Shown here: positions 18,642 to 31,688 of the stretch, piece by piece | Layout: every line of letters begins with the position of its first letter | Position numbering within the stretch: position 1 is the stretch's first letter | Source of the DNA: an uncultured Acidobacteriota bacterium | GTDB taxonomy: Bacteria > Acidobacteriota > UBA6911 | DNA: 64,000 bases | NCBI GenBank assembly: GCA_964474425.1 | Contig: CAYYTC010000001.1 | Span: 26,481-90,480 of the forward strand | Reading direction: 5' to 3' | Made by a program: the position numbers and the translations under genes | Notes under the pieces: model-generated | The model's input: only the letters and a program-made list of their open reading frames with translations | The model's database searches: none | Told to the model about the DNA's origin: nothing

Positions 18642-19808
18642 TCAGGATTCGGCGAGCTCCTCCAAGGCTTCGAGGTATGGAAGGGCTTGGACTCCGTTGT
18701 CAAATAATTGCCGCCGGTCTCCGGCATACGCAATCCACTTCTTCAACGGCTTGTAGCACCCGATGATTTGTTCCAATGAAATCAGCCCGCGGCCATCCGT
18801 CCTCGATACGTTTCGCCCCGATTTGATTTCAAGGCCCAGAATGTCTTGTTCCCTCTCAACGACAAGGTCGACCTCAGCGCCCGCATTGGTGCGATAGCTT
18901 GAAAAATCCCATCCTTTGCGCAATGCCCGATTCAAATAAATGATCTGCAGAATCAGCCATTGCTCGAAGGCGGGTCCTTTCCGGTCTGGGGTAAGCGGGC
19001 GGCGGTGGATTCCCAGCAATGCATTGCGGACGCCTATGTCAAAGAAAAGAAATTTGTCCCGTTGGGCAACGCGTCGCGTGATTTTTCGGCGGGGGGCAAA
19101 GGGGGGTAACCGGAATATGAGAAGCGTGTCTTCAAGCACTGCTGTATATCTGCGGATTGTCTCTTTGGGAATTTCGGTTTCAGAGCTTATTTTCGAATAA
19201 TTGAGCCACTGTCCACTGAGAACTGCCGCCATATCCAGAAACCGGGCGTAATGCCCCATGTTCCTGACCAGGGCTTCGGTGCGGATCTCTTCTCGAAGAT
19301 AGACTTCTACATAAGTATCCAGCACGGAGATGGCCTCATCTCCGCCCAAATATATCCCGGGCAACATCCCTGTCTGCAAAGCGCGCGGCAAATCGAATGA
19401 ATCCTTTACCTCCGCATGGGTCAGCGGATCCATGTATTCCAGAATTATTCGCCCCGGCAGGAGATTTGCTCCTCCGCGTTTGAGCTTGCGCGCACTGGAG
19501 CCGGTAAGGATGAAGCGGAAGGGATTGCAGGGATCATCGACCAGCGACTGGACGGTATTCAGCATGGAAGGGAGCCGCTGCACCTCATCTATGACGATAA
19601 GGCCCATGCCTTGGGCTGCCGCGAGCTCCCGCCGCAGCAGACCTGCATCTTTTGCGTGAGAGAGAAACACCTGCTCGTCCGCCAGATCGACAATGCGGAG
19701 CGGGGCCATGGACCGGCATAGTGTGGATTTGCCCACTTGGCGGGGCCCCAGGAGCAGGACGTTTTTTTTCGACCGGCGAATTCTGCCTGATAACAGCCTG
19801 TCTCGCAT
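18642..19808 (-). CDS. AAA+ ATPase with a C-terminal DUF4143 domain
   Basis: Walker A LLLGPRQVGKST, Walker B IVIDEV. The C-terminal about 150 aa have the DUF4143 pattern. Confidence 0.8.
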   Translation of the reverse strand: MRDRLLSGRIRRSKKNVLLLGPRQVGKSTLCRSMAPLRIVDLADEQVFLSHAKDAGLLRRELAAAQGMGLIVIDEVQRLPSMLNTVQSLVDDPCNPFRFILTGSSARKLKRGGANLLPGRIILEYMDPLTHAEVKDSFDLPRALQTGMLPGIYLGGDEAISVLDTYVEVYLREEIRTEALVRNMGHYARFLDMAAVLSGQWLNYSKISSETEIPKETIRRYTAVLEDTLLIFRLPPFAPRRKITRRVAQRDKFLFFDIGVRNALLGIHRRPLTPDRKGPAFEQWLILQIIYLNRALRKGWDFSSYRTNAGAEVDLVVEREQDILGLEIKSGRNVSRTDGRGLISLEQIIGCYKPLKKWIAYAGDRRQLFDNGVQALPYLEALEELAES

Positions 19809-19948
19809 GCAGGTATTTTACATTGCATTTGACCTATATGCAAGACGTTTAGCTACCCTCAGAGCCGGGGCCATTCGGGTGAGAGATCCTATGTAGAATA
19901 GGCTGTTGAAGCCTGGATTATTTAAACACTCCAATATAGAGTATTAGC

Positions 19949-20239
19949 ATGACAGCCAAAGAACAGATAATGCACACTTTGCGAGAACAGCGGGAGCGAT
20001 TAAGTCGCCGTTATCCAATCCGGCGCCTGGCTCTTTTCGGATCGTGGGCTCGTGGTGATGCTCAGGAAAAGAGCGACGTTGATATCCTGGTTGAAGTGGA
20101 TCCGTCGATCGGCATTCGATTCGTAGAACTCGCCGAGGAACTTGAGCGAGCGCTGGGGAGACGTGTGGACCTGGTATCCAGCCGTGCCATTAAGCCTGCC
20201 TATTGGAAGCGGATCGAGCCGGAGTTGATTGATGCCTAA
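19949..20239 (+). CDS. mntA: MntA-type nucleotidyltransferase (antitoxin of a HepT/MntA toxin-antitoxin pair)
   Basis: GSWARGDAQEKSDVDILVEV minimal nucleotidyltransferase motif, 96 aa. Confidence 0.8.
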   Translation: MTAKEQIMHTLREQRERLSRRYPIRRLALFGSWARGDAQEKSDVDILVEVDPSIGIRFVELAEELERALGRRVDLVSSRAIKPAYWKRIEPELIDA

Positions 20240-20564
20240 GCGAGATCCGGATTTATTGGTACGAGATATGCTCGAAGCAATTCGAAAGATCGAGCTATAT
20301 ATTGCAGGCTTGGACCGGTCTTCATTCCTTGGCGATGAAAAGACAACCGACGCTGTGGTTCGGAATCTCGAAGTGCTGGGTGAGGCGGCAAGGCAATTGC
20401 CAGGCGATTTCACATCTCGACACTCCTACATTCCATGGAATGAGATCGCGGGATTGCGTAATCGAATCGTTCATGATTATTTTGGCCTGGATCTGGAGAT
20501 CATATGGCAAGTTATCGATAATGATTTGCCTTCGCTTAAGGCCGAGCTGGAGAAACTGGTATAG
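20229..20564 (+). CDS. hepT: HepT (DUF86) toxin
   Basis: It overlaps the mntA stop by 11 nt. RNRIVHDY (Rx4HxY) HEPN motif, 111 aa. Confidence 0.8.
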   Translation: MMPKRDPDLLVRDMLEAIRKIELYIAGLDRSSFLGDEKTTDAVVRNLEVLGEAARQLPGDFTSRHSYIPWNEIAGLRNRIVHDYFGLDLEIIWQVIDNDLPSLKAELEKLV

Positions 20565-20634
20565 GTGGGTCTCCGGTTGATCAAAAAATGAGTGAAGCTG
20601 CGGGCGGCATTTTCCCTCTTTCAGCGTGCTCCTT

Positions 20635-21456
20635 CTATGCAGCCGCGAGTCTCGGGATAATGCCGTCGAGGAGCGACGCGAAGCTTTCCTTCGACCGCTC
20701 GGTGGTGTCGATCACTTCCTGATGCGTGAGTTTTCGCGGAAGGATGCCGGCGGCCATGTTCGTGATGCATGAGATGCCGAGCACCGGTATTCCCATGTGG
20801 CCGGCTATGATGACTTCCGGAATGGTGGACATGCCCACGGCGTCGGCGCCGAGCATGCGCAACATGCGGATTTCGGCGGGCGTCTCGTAGCTGGGGCCGC
20901 ATAATCCTGCGTATACGCCTTGCCGCAGGGACATCTGCCTTTCACGGGCAACCTCCAGCGCGATTTTGCGCAGATGCGGGTCATAGGCTTCGCTCATGTC
21001 CGGGAACCGCGGACCGAACTCATCCGGGTTGGCTCCCGTCAGAGGATTCGCCCCCATCAGGTTGATATGATCGGTGATAAGCATCCAATCGCCCGGCCGG
21101 AAATCCTCATGGATGCCGCCGGCTGCATTCGTGACGATCAGCCTGCGGATGCCCAGGCAGCCGAGGACTCTGGCGGGGAAAGCGACGTCCGCTATGGAAT
21201 ACCCCTCATAAAGGTGGATTCTTCCCTGTAAAGCAACCACCGGGACGCCTTCCACGTCGGCGCTGATCAGGTTGCCGGAATGACCCGAAACCGTAGATAC
21301 GGCGAAATGAGGGATTTCATCAAAGGGCAGGGCCGTCCGCTCCTGGAGCGAGTCGGCATAGGAGCCGAGCCCGGAGCCGAGGATCAGGCCCACAGACGGC
21401 TGCACTTTGCAGCGGGTACGGATAAAGGCGACACTCTCGGCAATTCTCGAGTACAC
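20635..21456 (-). CDS. punA: purine nucleoside phosphorylase (PNP/MTAP family I)
   Basis: 273 aa with PNP-I signatures (GLILGSGLG, VTNAAGGI). Confidence 0.85.
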   Translation of the reverse strand: MYSRIAESVAFIRTRCKVQPSVGLILGSGLGSYADSLQERTALPFDEIPHFAVSTVSGHSGNLISADVEGVPVVALQGRIHLYEGYSIADVAFPARVLGCLGIRRLIVTNAAGGIHEDFRPGDWMLITDHINLMGANPLTGANPDEFGPRFPDMSEAYDPHLRKIALEVARERQMSLRQGVYAGLCGPSYETPAEIRMLRMLGADAVGMSTIPEVIIAGHMGIPVLGISCITNMAAGILPRKLTHQEVIDTTERSKESFASLLDGIIPRLAAA

Positions 21457-21600
21457 AGGCAGATTTTGAGGTTGCGGCAGAGGACTTCAGTTCTCTGGAA
21501 AAACAAAGAACATCATGGCAACTGCCGCGGGACAGGAAAGATCTCCCAGGCCGGATGGGATTATGGCCAACATCAGGCCTGGGATAGGCTGTTGTGCGGT

Positions 21601-21798
21601 CTAGAATCGCACCCCGCGCATTTTTTTGCGCAGACGCTTGCGGGCCAGGGCCTGTTTGATACGTTTCTTCTCGCCAGGCTTGAGGTAGAAGGAATGCTTT
21701 TTGACATCCTTGATGATGTCTTCCTGCTGAACCTTGCGTTTGAAGCGCCGGAGGGCGCTTTCAAGGGACTCGCCTTCGTTTAAAATGACTTCCGCCAA
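21601..21798 (-). CDS. rpsU: 30S ribosomal protein S21
   Basis: The C-terminal 65 aa of track ORF 21601..21894 match S21 (ESLESALRRFKRKVQQEDIIKDVKKHSFYLKPGEKKRIKQALARKRLRKK). A TTG at 21798 lies 9 nt after AAAGGAGG. The longer ORF is a read-through extension. Confidence 0.8.
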   Translation of the reverse strand: MAEVILNEGESLESALRRFKRKVQQEDIIKDVKKHSFYLKPGEKKRIKQALARKRLRKKMRGVRF

Positions 21799-22001
21799 AT
21801 CCAAACACCTCCTTTGCGGACGAGGGAGAAAGTTACTCTTGGTCCGGACCCCTGTCAAGGTCCTTTTTATCAAACATTTAACCTCGCTTCCCAAATATCA
21901 TGAGTCAGGTACCTTCGGCAAAGCCGGGGGTTTGCCAATGTAATTGTCGGCGTGCGTCAGCGTCCATTGAGATTGAGCCGGAATCGCGAATCCCAGGAAA
22001 C

Positions 22002-24449
22002 TTAATCTTCGGTCTTTTCGCCGTCTTCTTCGCCGGCGACGACAGTGACGCTGGCTACGTAGTCGCCCTCTTCGAGATCGATGCACTTGACGCCCACGGC
22101 GGCGCGGCTCTGGGTGTTGCGGATATCCTCGGCATTGAGCTGGATCAGTTTGCCCTGCGCCGTAATCAGCATGACCGACGAATCTTCCTGCACGTGACAG
22201 GTGTTCACCACGCTGCCGTTTTTCTCGCCTACCTTGACGTTGATGACGCCGGATCCGCCGCGCCCCTGACAGGGATACTCTTCCACATCCGTCCGCTTGC
22301 CAAATCCTTTTTCCGTAACGGTCAGGAACTGGCCGGGGCCTTTGAAGGCGGACATGGCTACCACCTTATCGTCTCCGGCCAGGCGGATGCCGATGACGCC
22401 CCGCGCCGTGCGGCCCATTTCGCGCGCGTTCTTTTCCGAAAAGCGGATCGCTTTTCCCATGCGCGTGGCCAGAAGGACATCGTAGTTGCCGTCCGTCAGC
22501 TGGCATCCGATAAGTTCATCATCGTCGGGTATGTAAATGGCGATGATACCCGAGCTGCGCGGATTGGCATATTCGCGCAGGGCGGTTTTCTTCACAATCC
22601 CGTTGCGTGTGGCCATCACCACGTTTTCGCTGGTTTCGAAGTCCTTCACGGCGATGATATCGGCGATTTTTTCGTCCGTGCCCAGGTTGACGAGGTTCAC
22701 AATGGCCTTCCCTTTGCCCGCGGTGCCGACATCGGGAATCTCATAGACCTTGAGCCAATATACCTGGCCCCGGTTGGTAAAAACGAGCAGGTAGCTGTGG
22801 GTGGAGGCGACGAACACGTGATCGATAAAATCCTCGTCCCGCGTCGTCATCCCGATGCGTCCCTTGCCGCCCCGCCCCTGCGGACGGTAGAGAGAAGCCG
22901 CCGTTCGCTTGATGTAGCCGGAGTGCGTGACGGTGATGACCACATCTTCGTCGGCGATGAGGTCCTCGAGCGTAATTTCCACTTCCTCGTCCACAATCTG
23001 GGTCCGGCGGGCGTCGCCGTATTTTTCCTGCACTTCCTTCAACTCCCCGACCACCACCCCTTCCAGCGCTTTCTCGCTGGCCAGGATTTCCTTGAGGCGG
23101 GCGATGAGCTTCAGCGTCTCTTCGTACTCGGCGAGGATTTTTTCGCGCTCGAGCCCGGTCAGCCGCTGCAGGCGCATATCCAGGATCGCCTGGGCCTGCT
23201 CCGTGCTGAACTGGAACCGCGTCATCAGGCCTTCTTTGGCCACGGCAGGCTCCTTCGACGCGCGGATCAGGGCGATGATTTCATCCAGCATATCCAGCGC
23301 GCGCTTGAGTCCTTCGAGGATATGAGCCCTGGCCTCCGCTTTGCCCAGTTCAAAGACGGTTCTCCGGCGGACGACCTCCTTCCGGTACTCGACGAAGCAC
23401 AGAAGGCATTCGCGCAGGGTCAGCACTTTGGGCTGGCTGTTCACGATGGCCAGCAGAATGATGCCGAAACTGGCCTGCATCGGCGTCATCTTGTAAAGAT
23501 TGTTCAGAACAACCTGCGCCGGCTCCTCTTTCTTGAGCTCGATGACGATGCGCATGCCTTCCCGATCGGACTCGTCGCGCAGGTCGGAGATGCCCTCGAT
23601 CTTTTTGTCCCTCACGAGCTCGGCGATGCGCTCGATCAGTTTTGCCTTGTTGACCTGGTAGGGAATTTCGGTCACCACGATCGCTTCCCGTTCCCGCGAT
23701 ATTTTTTCGATCGCCGCCCGGGCGCGCATGACGATGATCCCCCGCCCGGTCTCATAGGCTGTCCTGATGCCGCTTCGCCCGTAGATGAAGCCCGCCGTCG
23801 GGAAATCAGGGCCCGGAACCCGTGCCATGATTTCTTCCAGCGTAGCGCCGGGGTTCTCGATCAGAAGGATGGTCGCCCCGATGATTTCGGTAAGGTTGTG
23901 AGGCGGCACATTGGTCGCCATGCCGACCGCAATGCCCGAAGAGCCGTTGACGAGCAGATTGGGAAATTTGGCCGGGAGAACCAGGGGCTCGGTTAGCGAT
24001 TCGTCGTAGTTGGGGCCGAAATCCACCGTGTTCTTTTCGATATCGGCCAGCAGCTCCTCAGAAATGCGAGCCATGCGTACTTCGGTATATCGCATGGCGG
24101 CCGCATTGTCGCCGTCCACGGAGCCGAAATTCCCCTGGCCGTCAATCAGCGGGTAGCGGACCGAAAAGTCCTGGACCAGCCGAACGATGGTGTCGTAGAC
24201 CGCGACGTCGCCGTGCGGGTGGTATTTGCCGATCACATCGCCGACGATGCGCGCCGATTTTTTGTAAGGCTTGTTATACGCGTTCCCCAGGTCATTCATC
24301 GCGTACAGGACGCGCCGGTGCACGGGTTTGAGCCCGTCGCGCACATCCGGCAGCGCCCGGCCGATGATGACGCTCATGGCATAATCCAGGTAGGACTTGC
24401 GCATCTCATCGATGATATTGACCGGGATCTGTTCGAGAGCTTCATTCAT
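22002..24449 (-). CDS. gyrA: DNA gyrase subunit A
   Basis: 815 aa. Active-site region AAMRYTE, QRR region, C-terminal beta-pinwheel. Confidence 0.97.
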   Translation of the reverse strand: MNEALEQIPVNIIDEMRKSYLDYAMSVIIGRALPDVRDGLKPVHRRVLYAMNDLGNAYNKPYKKSARIVGDVIGKYHPHGDVAVYDTIVRLVQDFSVRYPLIDGQGNFGSVDGDNAAAMRYTEVRMARISEELLADIEKNTVDFGPNYDESLTEPLVLPAKFPNLLVNGSSGIAVGMATNVPPHNLTEIIGATILLIENPGATLEEIMARVPGPDFPTAGFIYGRSGIRTAYETGRGIIVMRARAAIEKISREREAIVVTEIPYQVNKAKLIERIAELVRDKKIEGISDLRDESDREGMRIVIELKKEEPAQVVLNNLYKMTPMQASFGIILLAIVNSQPKVLTLRECLLCFVEYRKEVVRRRTVFELGKAEARAHILEGLKRALDMLDEIIALIRASKEPAVAKEGLMTRFQFSTEQAQAILDMRLQRLTGLEREKILAEYEETLKLIARLKEILASEKALEGVVVGELKEVQEKYGDARRTQIVDEEVEITLEDLIADEDVVITVTHSGYIKRTAASLYRPQGRGGKGRIGMTTRDEDFIDHVFVASTHSYLLVFTNRGQVYWLKVYEIPDVGTAGKGKAIVNLVNLGTDEKIADIIAVKDFETSENVVMATRNGIVKKTALREYANPRSSGIIAIYIPDDDELIGCQLTDGNYDVLLATRMGKAIRFSEKNAREMGRTARGVIGIRLAGDDKVVAMSAFKGPGQFLTVTEKGFGKRTDVEEYPCQGRGGSGVINVKVGEKNGSVVNTCHVQEDSSVMLITAQGKLIQLNAEDIRNTQSRAAVGVKCIDLEEGDYVASVTVVAGEEDGEKTED

Positions 24450-24464
24450 GGCAAAGGCTTTTGT

Positions 24465-26948
<2,484 letters not shown>

Positions 26949-27153
26949 TCATTGTTTCAAAGACTGGGCGATAAAAAATGCTGCAAGCTTTTTATTTACA
27001 ATAAATTATTTGATTAGTCCCAAAGTCAGAAGTATAGCACAAGCTGCCCTCAAAATGGAGCAAAAATAAGCGATTTAATTTAATATTAAGGTATTGATAT
27101 TATTGAACTTACATCGATGCTTCGGACGTCCCGGAACCGGCCGCCGTCGCCGT

Positions 27154-28266
27154 CTATTCGGCCGCCGTCGCCGGAGGGAAAACCACCCCGTTTTTTACCT
27201 CAAAATGACATGCGTTTTCGACGGCTCCGTCCATAAGAAAATCCTTGGCGGAGGTTAAAAACGTCTGGGTTCTCTGCGACAGATAATCCAGGAATGTTTG
27301 AAATCGATACCTGTCCAATTCGGCCTCGGCGTCGTCAACGAGGAAAACCGGATAGAAGCCATGGAGTTTTTTATGGATTTCCATTTGCGAAAAATACAGC
27401 GCCAGAAGAGCGGAGCGCTGCTGTCCGGCGGATCCGAAATCGGCGATGGATCTGCCGTCGACATACAGCCTGAGATCATCACGGTGCGGTCCGACTGAGG
27501 TTGCTCCCGTTTTCAGGTCACGGTCCCGCGCCTGCAGAAGGCGCTGACGGAAAACCTTCTCGATTTGAGGCGCGTCCGCGTCCTCGGCATGAATGGAAGA
27601 AACATAGTGCATTTTCAAAACTTCGTCGTCGAACAGTCCCAGGGGCAGTTCCCGTTTCATATTCTCGACGTAGCGCAGGCGGTTCCACAGGATGCGCGCC
27701 CCGGGCCCGATAAGCGCTTCATCCCAGCTTTCCAGCAGCCTCTCATCGATATTGCCGGCTCCCTCGCGCCCGGACGACAGGATCCTGTTTCTTTGTTTGA
27801 GGGACCGTCCATAGGCGGCAAGGCAGTTCAGGTGGCCGGGATAGAGCGTGACCATCGCCCGATCCAGAAATGCCCTCCGATCTGCCGGCGCCCCCCGAAC
27901 AACACGGAGGTGCTCCTGCGTGAACGCCAGCAAATGGAAATTCCCGACGAAGCCGTCCAGCGTCACGGGTTTGCCGAGCGCAAAAAGTTTTTTTTCATTT
28001 TTTGTAATCGATATTTGAAGATCGCGCGTCAGAGTCCCGTGCTCCACGGTTCCCTCGACGCGGCACTCGCTCAGGCCCTGCTGAATGCAATCCGCAGGCG
28101 TTGCAGTGCGAAAGCTCCTGCCGTAGGCCAAAAAGTAGATGGATTCGAGAAGATTTGTTTTGCCCTGGCCGTTCCGTCCCACAAACAGGCTTGTCCCGGC
28201 GGATGGAAAAATCTCCATTTCACGGATATTGCGGTACTGAAAGAGACGCAGTCTTTTGAGCTGCAC
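27154..28266 (-). CDS. recF: DNA replication and repair protein RecF
   Basis: Walker A GRNGQGKTNLLE, 370 aa, sited between dnaN and gyrB. Confidence 0.93.
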   Translation of the reverse strand: MQLKRLRLFQYRNIREMEIFPSAGTSLFVGRNGQGKTNLLESIYFLAYGRSFRTATPADCIQQGLSECRVEGTVEHGTLTRDLQISITKNEKKLFALGKPVTLDGFVGNFHLLAFTQEHLRVVRGAPADRRAFLDRAMVTLYPGHLNCLAAYGRSLKQRNRILSSGREGAGNIDERLLESWDEALIGPGARILWNRLRYVENMKRELPLGLFDDEVLKMHYVSSIHAEDADAPQIEKVFRQRLLQARDRDLKTGATSVGPHRDDLRLYVDGRSIADFGSAGQQRSALLALYFSQMEIHKKLHGFYPVFLVDDAEAELDRYRFQTFLDYLSQRTQTFLTSAKDFLMDGAVENACHFEVKNGVVFPPATAAE

Positions 28267-28268
28267 AC

Positions 28269-29378
28269 CTAGAGCTTCATCGGCATGACAACATAACGGT
28301 AATCCAGTTCGGATCCGCCGACGGGCCGGAACAGGCCCTGTGTCTCCGAATCCTTGATGGCGATAGAGACAGTATCCGAACCGCAGGCGCCGACAAAATC
28401 GAGAAGGTAGAGAGGATTGAAACCTATATCGACTTCATCGCCTTCAAAGTCCACCGGAACCACCTCGTGCGCTTCCCCGGCTTCCGCGCAACTGGCCGTC
28501 AGCTCCAAAGCCGCTTTTTTAAAAGAGAGACGGATTGCCCGGAGCTTCTCATCCGACATGACGGCTGCCCTGCGGATTCCGTCGCCCAGATTCCTTGTCG
28601 AGGCCACGATAAATTTGTCGTTATCCCGCGGGATCACCAGTTCATAGTTGGGGAACTGCCCGGCCAGGATGCGGGAAACAAGCCGTTTTCCGCCGGCAGA
28701 GAAGAACAGGTGGTTTTCATCGCGCCCGAATTCCAGCAGCACATCCTGATCCCCTATGAGCTTTTGGATTTCCACCAGTGTCTTGCGGGGAATGAGGGCC
28801 CGGACCTCCATATCCAGTCCGGGCATTTCCAAGCTCTTGCTCACCAGGGCCAACCGATGCCCGTCCGTGGCCACCATGCGGATTTCCCCAGGCAGCAGCG
28901 CCAGGAGAGCTCCGTTGAGCGAGTAGCGGGATTCTTCCTGCGTGATCGCGAACATGGTGCGCTGAATCATGCTTCTCAAAAGCCCTCCCGGGATCTGGGC
29001 CGTGGCGGGAGCGGATTCGGGAATGGATGGGAAATTTTCCTTGGGCAGAGCCACAATCTTGTATTTCGAGTTTCCGGACCGCAGTTCGACCCAGTCGTTT
29101 TCAAGCAGGGAAAACGAGATATCCGCCCCATCCGGCAGAAGCCGAACGATATCAAAGAGGCGCCGCGCCGAAAGAGTGGTCGTCCCCTCGGCCGAAACCG
29201 ATGCCTCGCAACCGCAGCGGATGGTCACATCAAGGTCCGTGGCCGCAATGTCGACATGTTCGCCGGCGCATTCCAGGAGAATATTGGAGAGAATGGGAAT
29301 GGTGCTTTTTTTCTCTATCACGCCCTGCACAAGGTTAAGCTCGTTCAGCAGCGAGTTCCTCTTAACAGTAAATTTCAT
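28269..29378 (-). CDS. dnaN: DNA polymerase III beta sliding clamp
   Basis: 369 aa, three-domain clamp, directly downstream of dnaA. Confidence 0.93.
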   Translation of the reverse strand: MKFTVKRNSLLNELNLVQGVIEKKSTIPILSNILLECAGEHVDIAATDLDVTIRCGCEASVSAEGTTTLSARRLFDIVRLLPDGADISFSLLENDWVELRSGNSKYKIVALPKENFPSIPESAPATAQIPGGLLRSMIQRTMFAITQEESRYSLNGALLALLPGEIRMVATDGHRLALVSKSLEMPGLDMEVRALIPRKTLVEIQKLIGDQDVLLEFGRDENHLFFSAGGKRLVSRILAGQFPNYELVIPRDNDKFIVASTRNLGDGIRRAAVMSDEKLRAIRLSFKKAALELTASCAEAGEAHEVVPVDFEGDEVDIGFNPLYLLDFVGACGSDTVSIAIKDSETQGLFRPVGGSELDYRYVVMPMKL

Positions 29379-29832
29379 GAAGGACGCTCCTTGGAGGAAA
29401 TAAGAGAGAACATTTGAAGTGAGGATTATACAGCTTTTCCCGCTTCCTGTTTCAAGCTCAATTCGGGGCTGCTGATGTTTTTATATGATTTATTTTAATA
29501 AAATATATCTAGTAGAAGTAGAAGGTCCTGTGAATATGTGGAAAATCCGGTCAATCCCCAATAGCTACAATGAATAGACGGTGCAAGAGGATAAAAGGGC
29601 CCTGTTCAAAGAAGGGACTTTTTGTGGAAAACTCCGGCTTCGAGAATATCCACAGCGAACGCAAACCGGCACGGTGTGGACAACTCCGATAATGCTATCC
29701 ATTGCTTCACATTGCATTGTGCAGAAGACAGTGGAAATCGGACCGCTCATGGAGTTCGGCTGTAACGCCGATGTGCGCTGACAAAAGCGCGGATATACGC
29801 TGGGAATCATTGCGGAAGTTTTTATATAAGGG
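29379..29832. promoter_or_regulatory. candidate chromosomal replication origin (oriC) in the dnaA-dnaN spacer
   Basis: Four DnaA-box-like 9-mers within about 150 bp: TGTGGAAAA at 29537 and 29623, ATATCCACA at 29646, TGTGGACAA at 29676. An AT-rich stretch lies at 29478-29520 (tttttatatgatttattttaataaaatatatctag). Confidence 0.45.
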
Positions 29833-31143
29833 TTAGCGCAGGGATTTTACGATTGCGGCCACGGCGGCGGAAATCTCGGCATCCTTTTTGCGCAGCGCAT
29901 CAATTTTGCGGACGGAATGCAGGACGGTGGTGTGGTGCTTGCCGCCGAAATCCTTGCCGATCTGGGGCAGGGACTGTTTCGTGAGCTCCTTGCAGATATA
30001 CATGGCGATCTGACGGGGCACCGCGATGGGCCGGGAGTTGCTTTTTGCTTTAAGCTGCGCCGGCTTCAGGGAGAAGAAAGTGGCCACGGCGCGCATCACC
30101 TTGTCGGTGGAAACGGGCGGCTCTTCATTGAGGGTGAAGCCTTTCAGGACATCCTTGGCATAACCGATGTCTATATCGGCTGAGTCCAGGCCGTCCAGAG
30201 AAGCGCGGGCACTGAGCCGATTCAGAGCCCCTTCCAGTTCGCGTATGTTGGAGCGGATGCCGCCGGCGATGTAAATGGCTACGTCGTTGCGAAGGCCAAA
30301 AGCGTCCGATTCCGCCTTTTTGCGGAGAATCGCGAGTTTGGTTTCAAGATCGGGCGGCTGTATATCGGCGATCAGTCCCCATTCAAAACGGGAATGAAGC
30401 CTTTCCTCCAGCGTGGGAATCTGCTTGGGAGGACAGTCGCTTGTAATCACGATTTGCTTCTGGGCGTCATACAAGGCATTGAAGGTATGGAAAAACTCCT
30501 CCTGGGTGCGTTCCTTGCCCGCGATGAATTGGATGTCGTCCATGAGAAGTACATCGATATTCCTGTACTTCTGGCGGAACTGAATCGTGCGGTCAAAACG
30601 GATGGCATTGACCAGTTCGTTCATGAATTTTTCCGAAGACATGTACGCCAGGCGGACGCTTCGGTTCCGCTTCTGGATGTGATTGCCGACCGCGTGCATC
30701 AGGTGGGTTTTGCCCAGCCCCACGCCGCCATATAGGTACAGGGGATTGTATGCCTTGGCCGGACGTTCGGCGACGGCCAGGGCCGCAGCGTGGGCCAGCT
30801 GGTTGCTGCTGCCCACAACGAAGGAATCAAAAGTATATTTCGGTATCAGGACCGGAGGCGAATCCGGGGAGTCCGGGGAAATCGGAGAAAGAGGTTCTCG
30901 GGAGGGTGTATTTTCCACGGAAACGCTGAGCTCAAAGGAGGTTTTGCCGATTTCGGCGGCGGCGGTCAGCAAAAGGTCGGAGTAATTCTCGAGCAGGCAC
31001 TTTTTGAAACTGTCCGTTGGGACCGTCAGGTGCAGGATCCCGTTCTCGCGGCCCTGATAAGCGATCGGCCTGAACCAGGTATCGAGGCATTGCCTGTTTA
31101 CACGCTTCTCGACAAGCGAGAGTACATGATGCCAGAAATTCAT
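29833..31143 (-). CDS. dnaA: chromosomal replication initiator DnaA
   Basis: AAA+ (GGVGLGKTHL) and C-terminal DNA-binding domain. The probable start is the ATG at 31143 (MNFWHHVLSLVEKRV...). The track ORF runs to 31215 through the DnaA-box pair. Confidence 0.93.
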   Translation of the reverse strand: MNFWHHVLSLVEKRVNRQCLDTWFRPIAYQGRENGILHLTVPTDSFKKCLLENYSDLLLTAAAEIGKTSFELSVSVENTPSREPLSPISPDSPDSPPVLIPKYTFDSFVVGSSNQLAHAAALAVAERPAKAYNPLYLYGGVGLGKTHLMHAVGNHIQKRNRSVRLAYMSSEKFMNELVNAIRFDRTIQFRQKYRNIDVLLMDDIQFIAGKERTQEEFFHTFNALYDAQKQIVITSDCPPKQIPTLEERLHSRFEWGLIADIQPPDLETKLAILRKKAESDAFGLRNDVAIYIAGGIRSNIRELEGALNRLSARASLDGLDSADIDIGYAKDVLKGFTLNEEPPVSTDKVMRAVATFFSLKPAQLKAKSNSRPIAVPRQIAMYICKELTKQSLPQIGKDFGGKHHTTVLHSVRKIDALRKKDAEISAAVAAIVKSLR

Positions 31144-31189
31144 GGATCCATACCTGGCGGCGACTGGAAAGAGATATGATTGCCTGTAT

Positions 31190-31226
31190 CGGAGTTTTCC
31201 ACAGCCCTTCCACAACTGTGGAAAAC
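31190..31226. promoter_or_regulatory. DnaA-box pair upstream of dnaA (autoregulatory site)
   Basis: gTTTTCCACAgccctTCCACAacTGTGGAAAAc holds convergent TTTTCCACA/TGTGGAAAA boxes around the palindrome TCCACAACTGTGGA, 50-80 bp upstream of the dnaA ATG. Confidence 0.4.
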
Positions 31227-31688
31227 GAGAGGACCCACTTGAGCAGCCATTCCCGGACCTTGTATGCTGCCCTCCGAAATTCTAAATGTCAGGATTTCGC
31301 GTGCCCCCGCGTTTAGTATTTTTTAAACAACGCGGCGGAAAGTTAGCACATGGAGTTTCAAACATTCAACAAAAAAATAGAAAAAGGGCTATTTTGTTGA
31401 ATAGTGAAAATTTCCAGTAATGGCGCGGGTTTGACGGCATGCAATGCAGGAAAACGCCCAAGAATAAAGGGGAAAAAAAGTATGGTAAAATATAAAAAGT
31501 CCTATCGTGATTGGTATAGGATATTTGATAAAATTATCACCCGAAAACCCGAGCGGAAGCGAAACAGCCAGCACCCAAGAGCGTGTCCCGAGGCCGGGCC
31601 CGGGCAACCTAAAAACTAAATCATATGTAGCCCGTTTGGCCGGCGGCGTGGCGAGGCCGCAATCGCTGTAATTTCGCGGAAAAACGCG

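Noticed and set aside
21900-23996. 698-aa plus-strand ORF
   Set aside because: Antisense shadow of gyrA. The same applies to the antisense ORFs at 24213..25370 (gyrB), 11125..13167 (VWA gene), 4633..5904, 28467..29417, 47602..50103, 33618..35183, 55041..56156, 56310..57749, 61120..62160 and 62469..63701.
31404-31619. 71-aa basic ORF upstream of dnaA (a possible rpmH-like gene)
   Set aside because: No similarity to ribosomal protein L34. The AT-rich 5' half and GC-rich 3' half look non-coding, and no rnpA follows.
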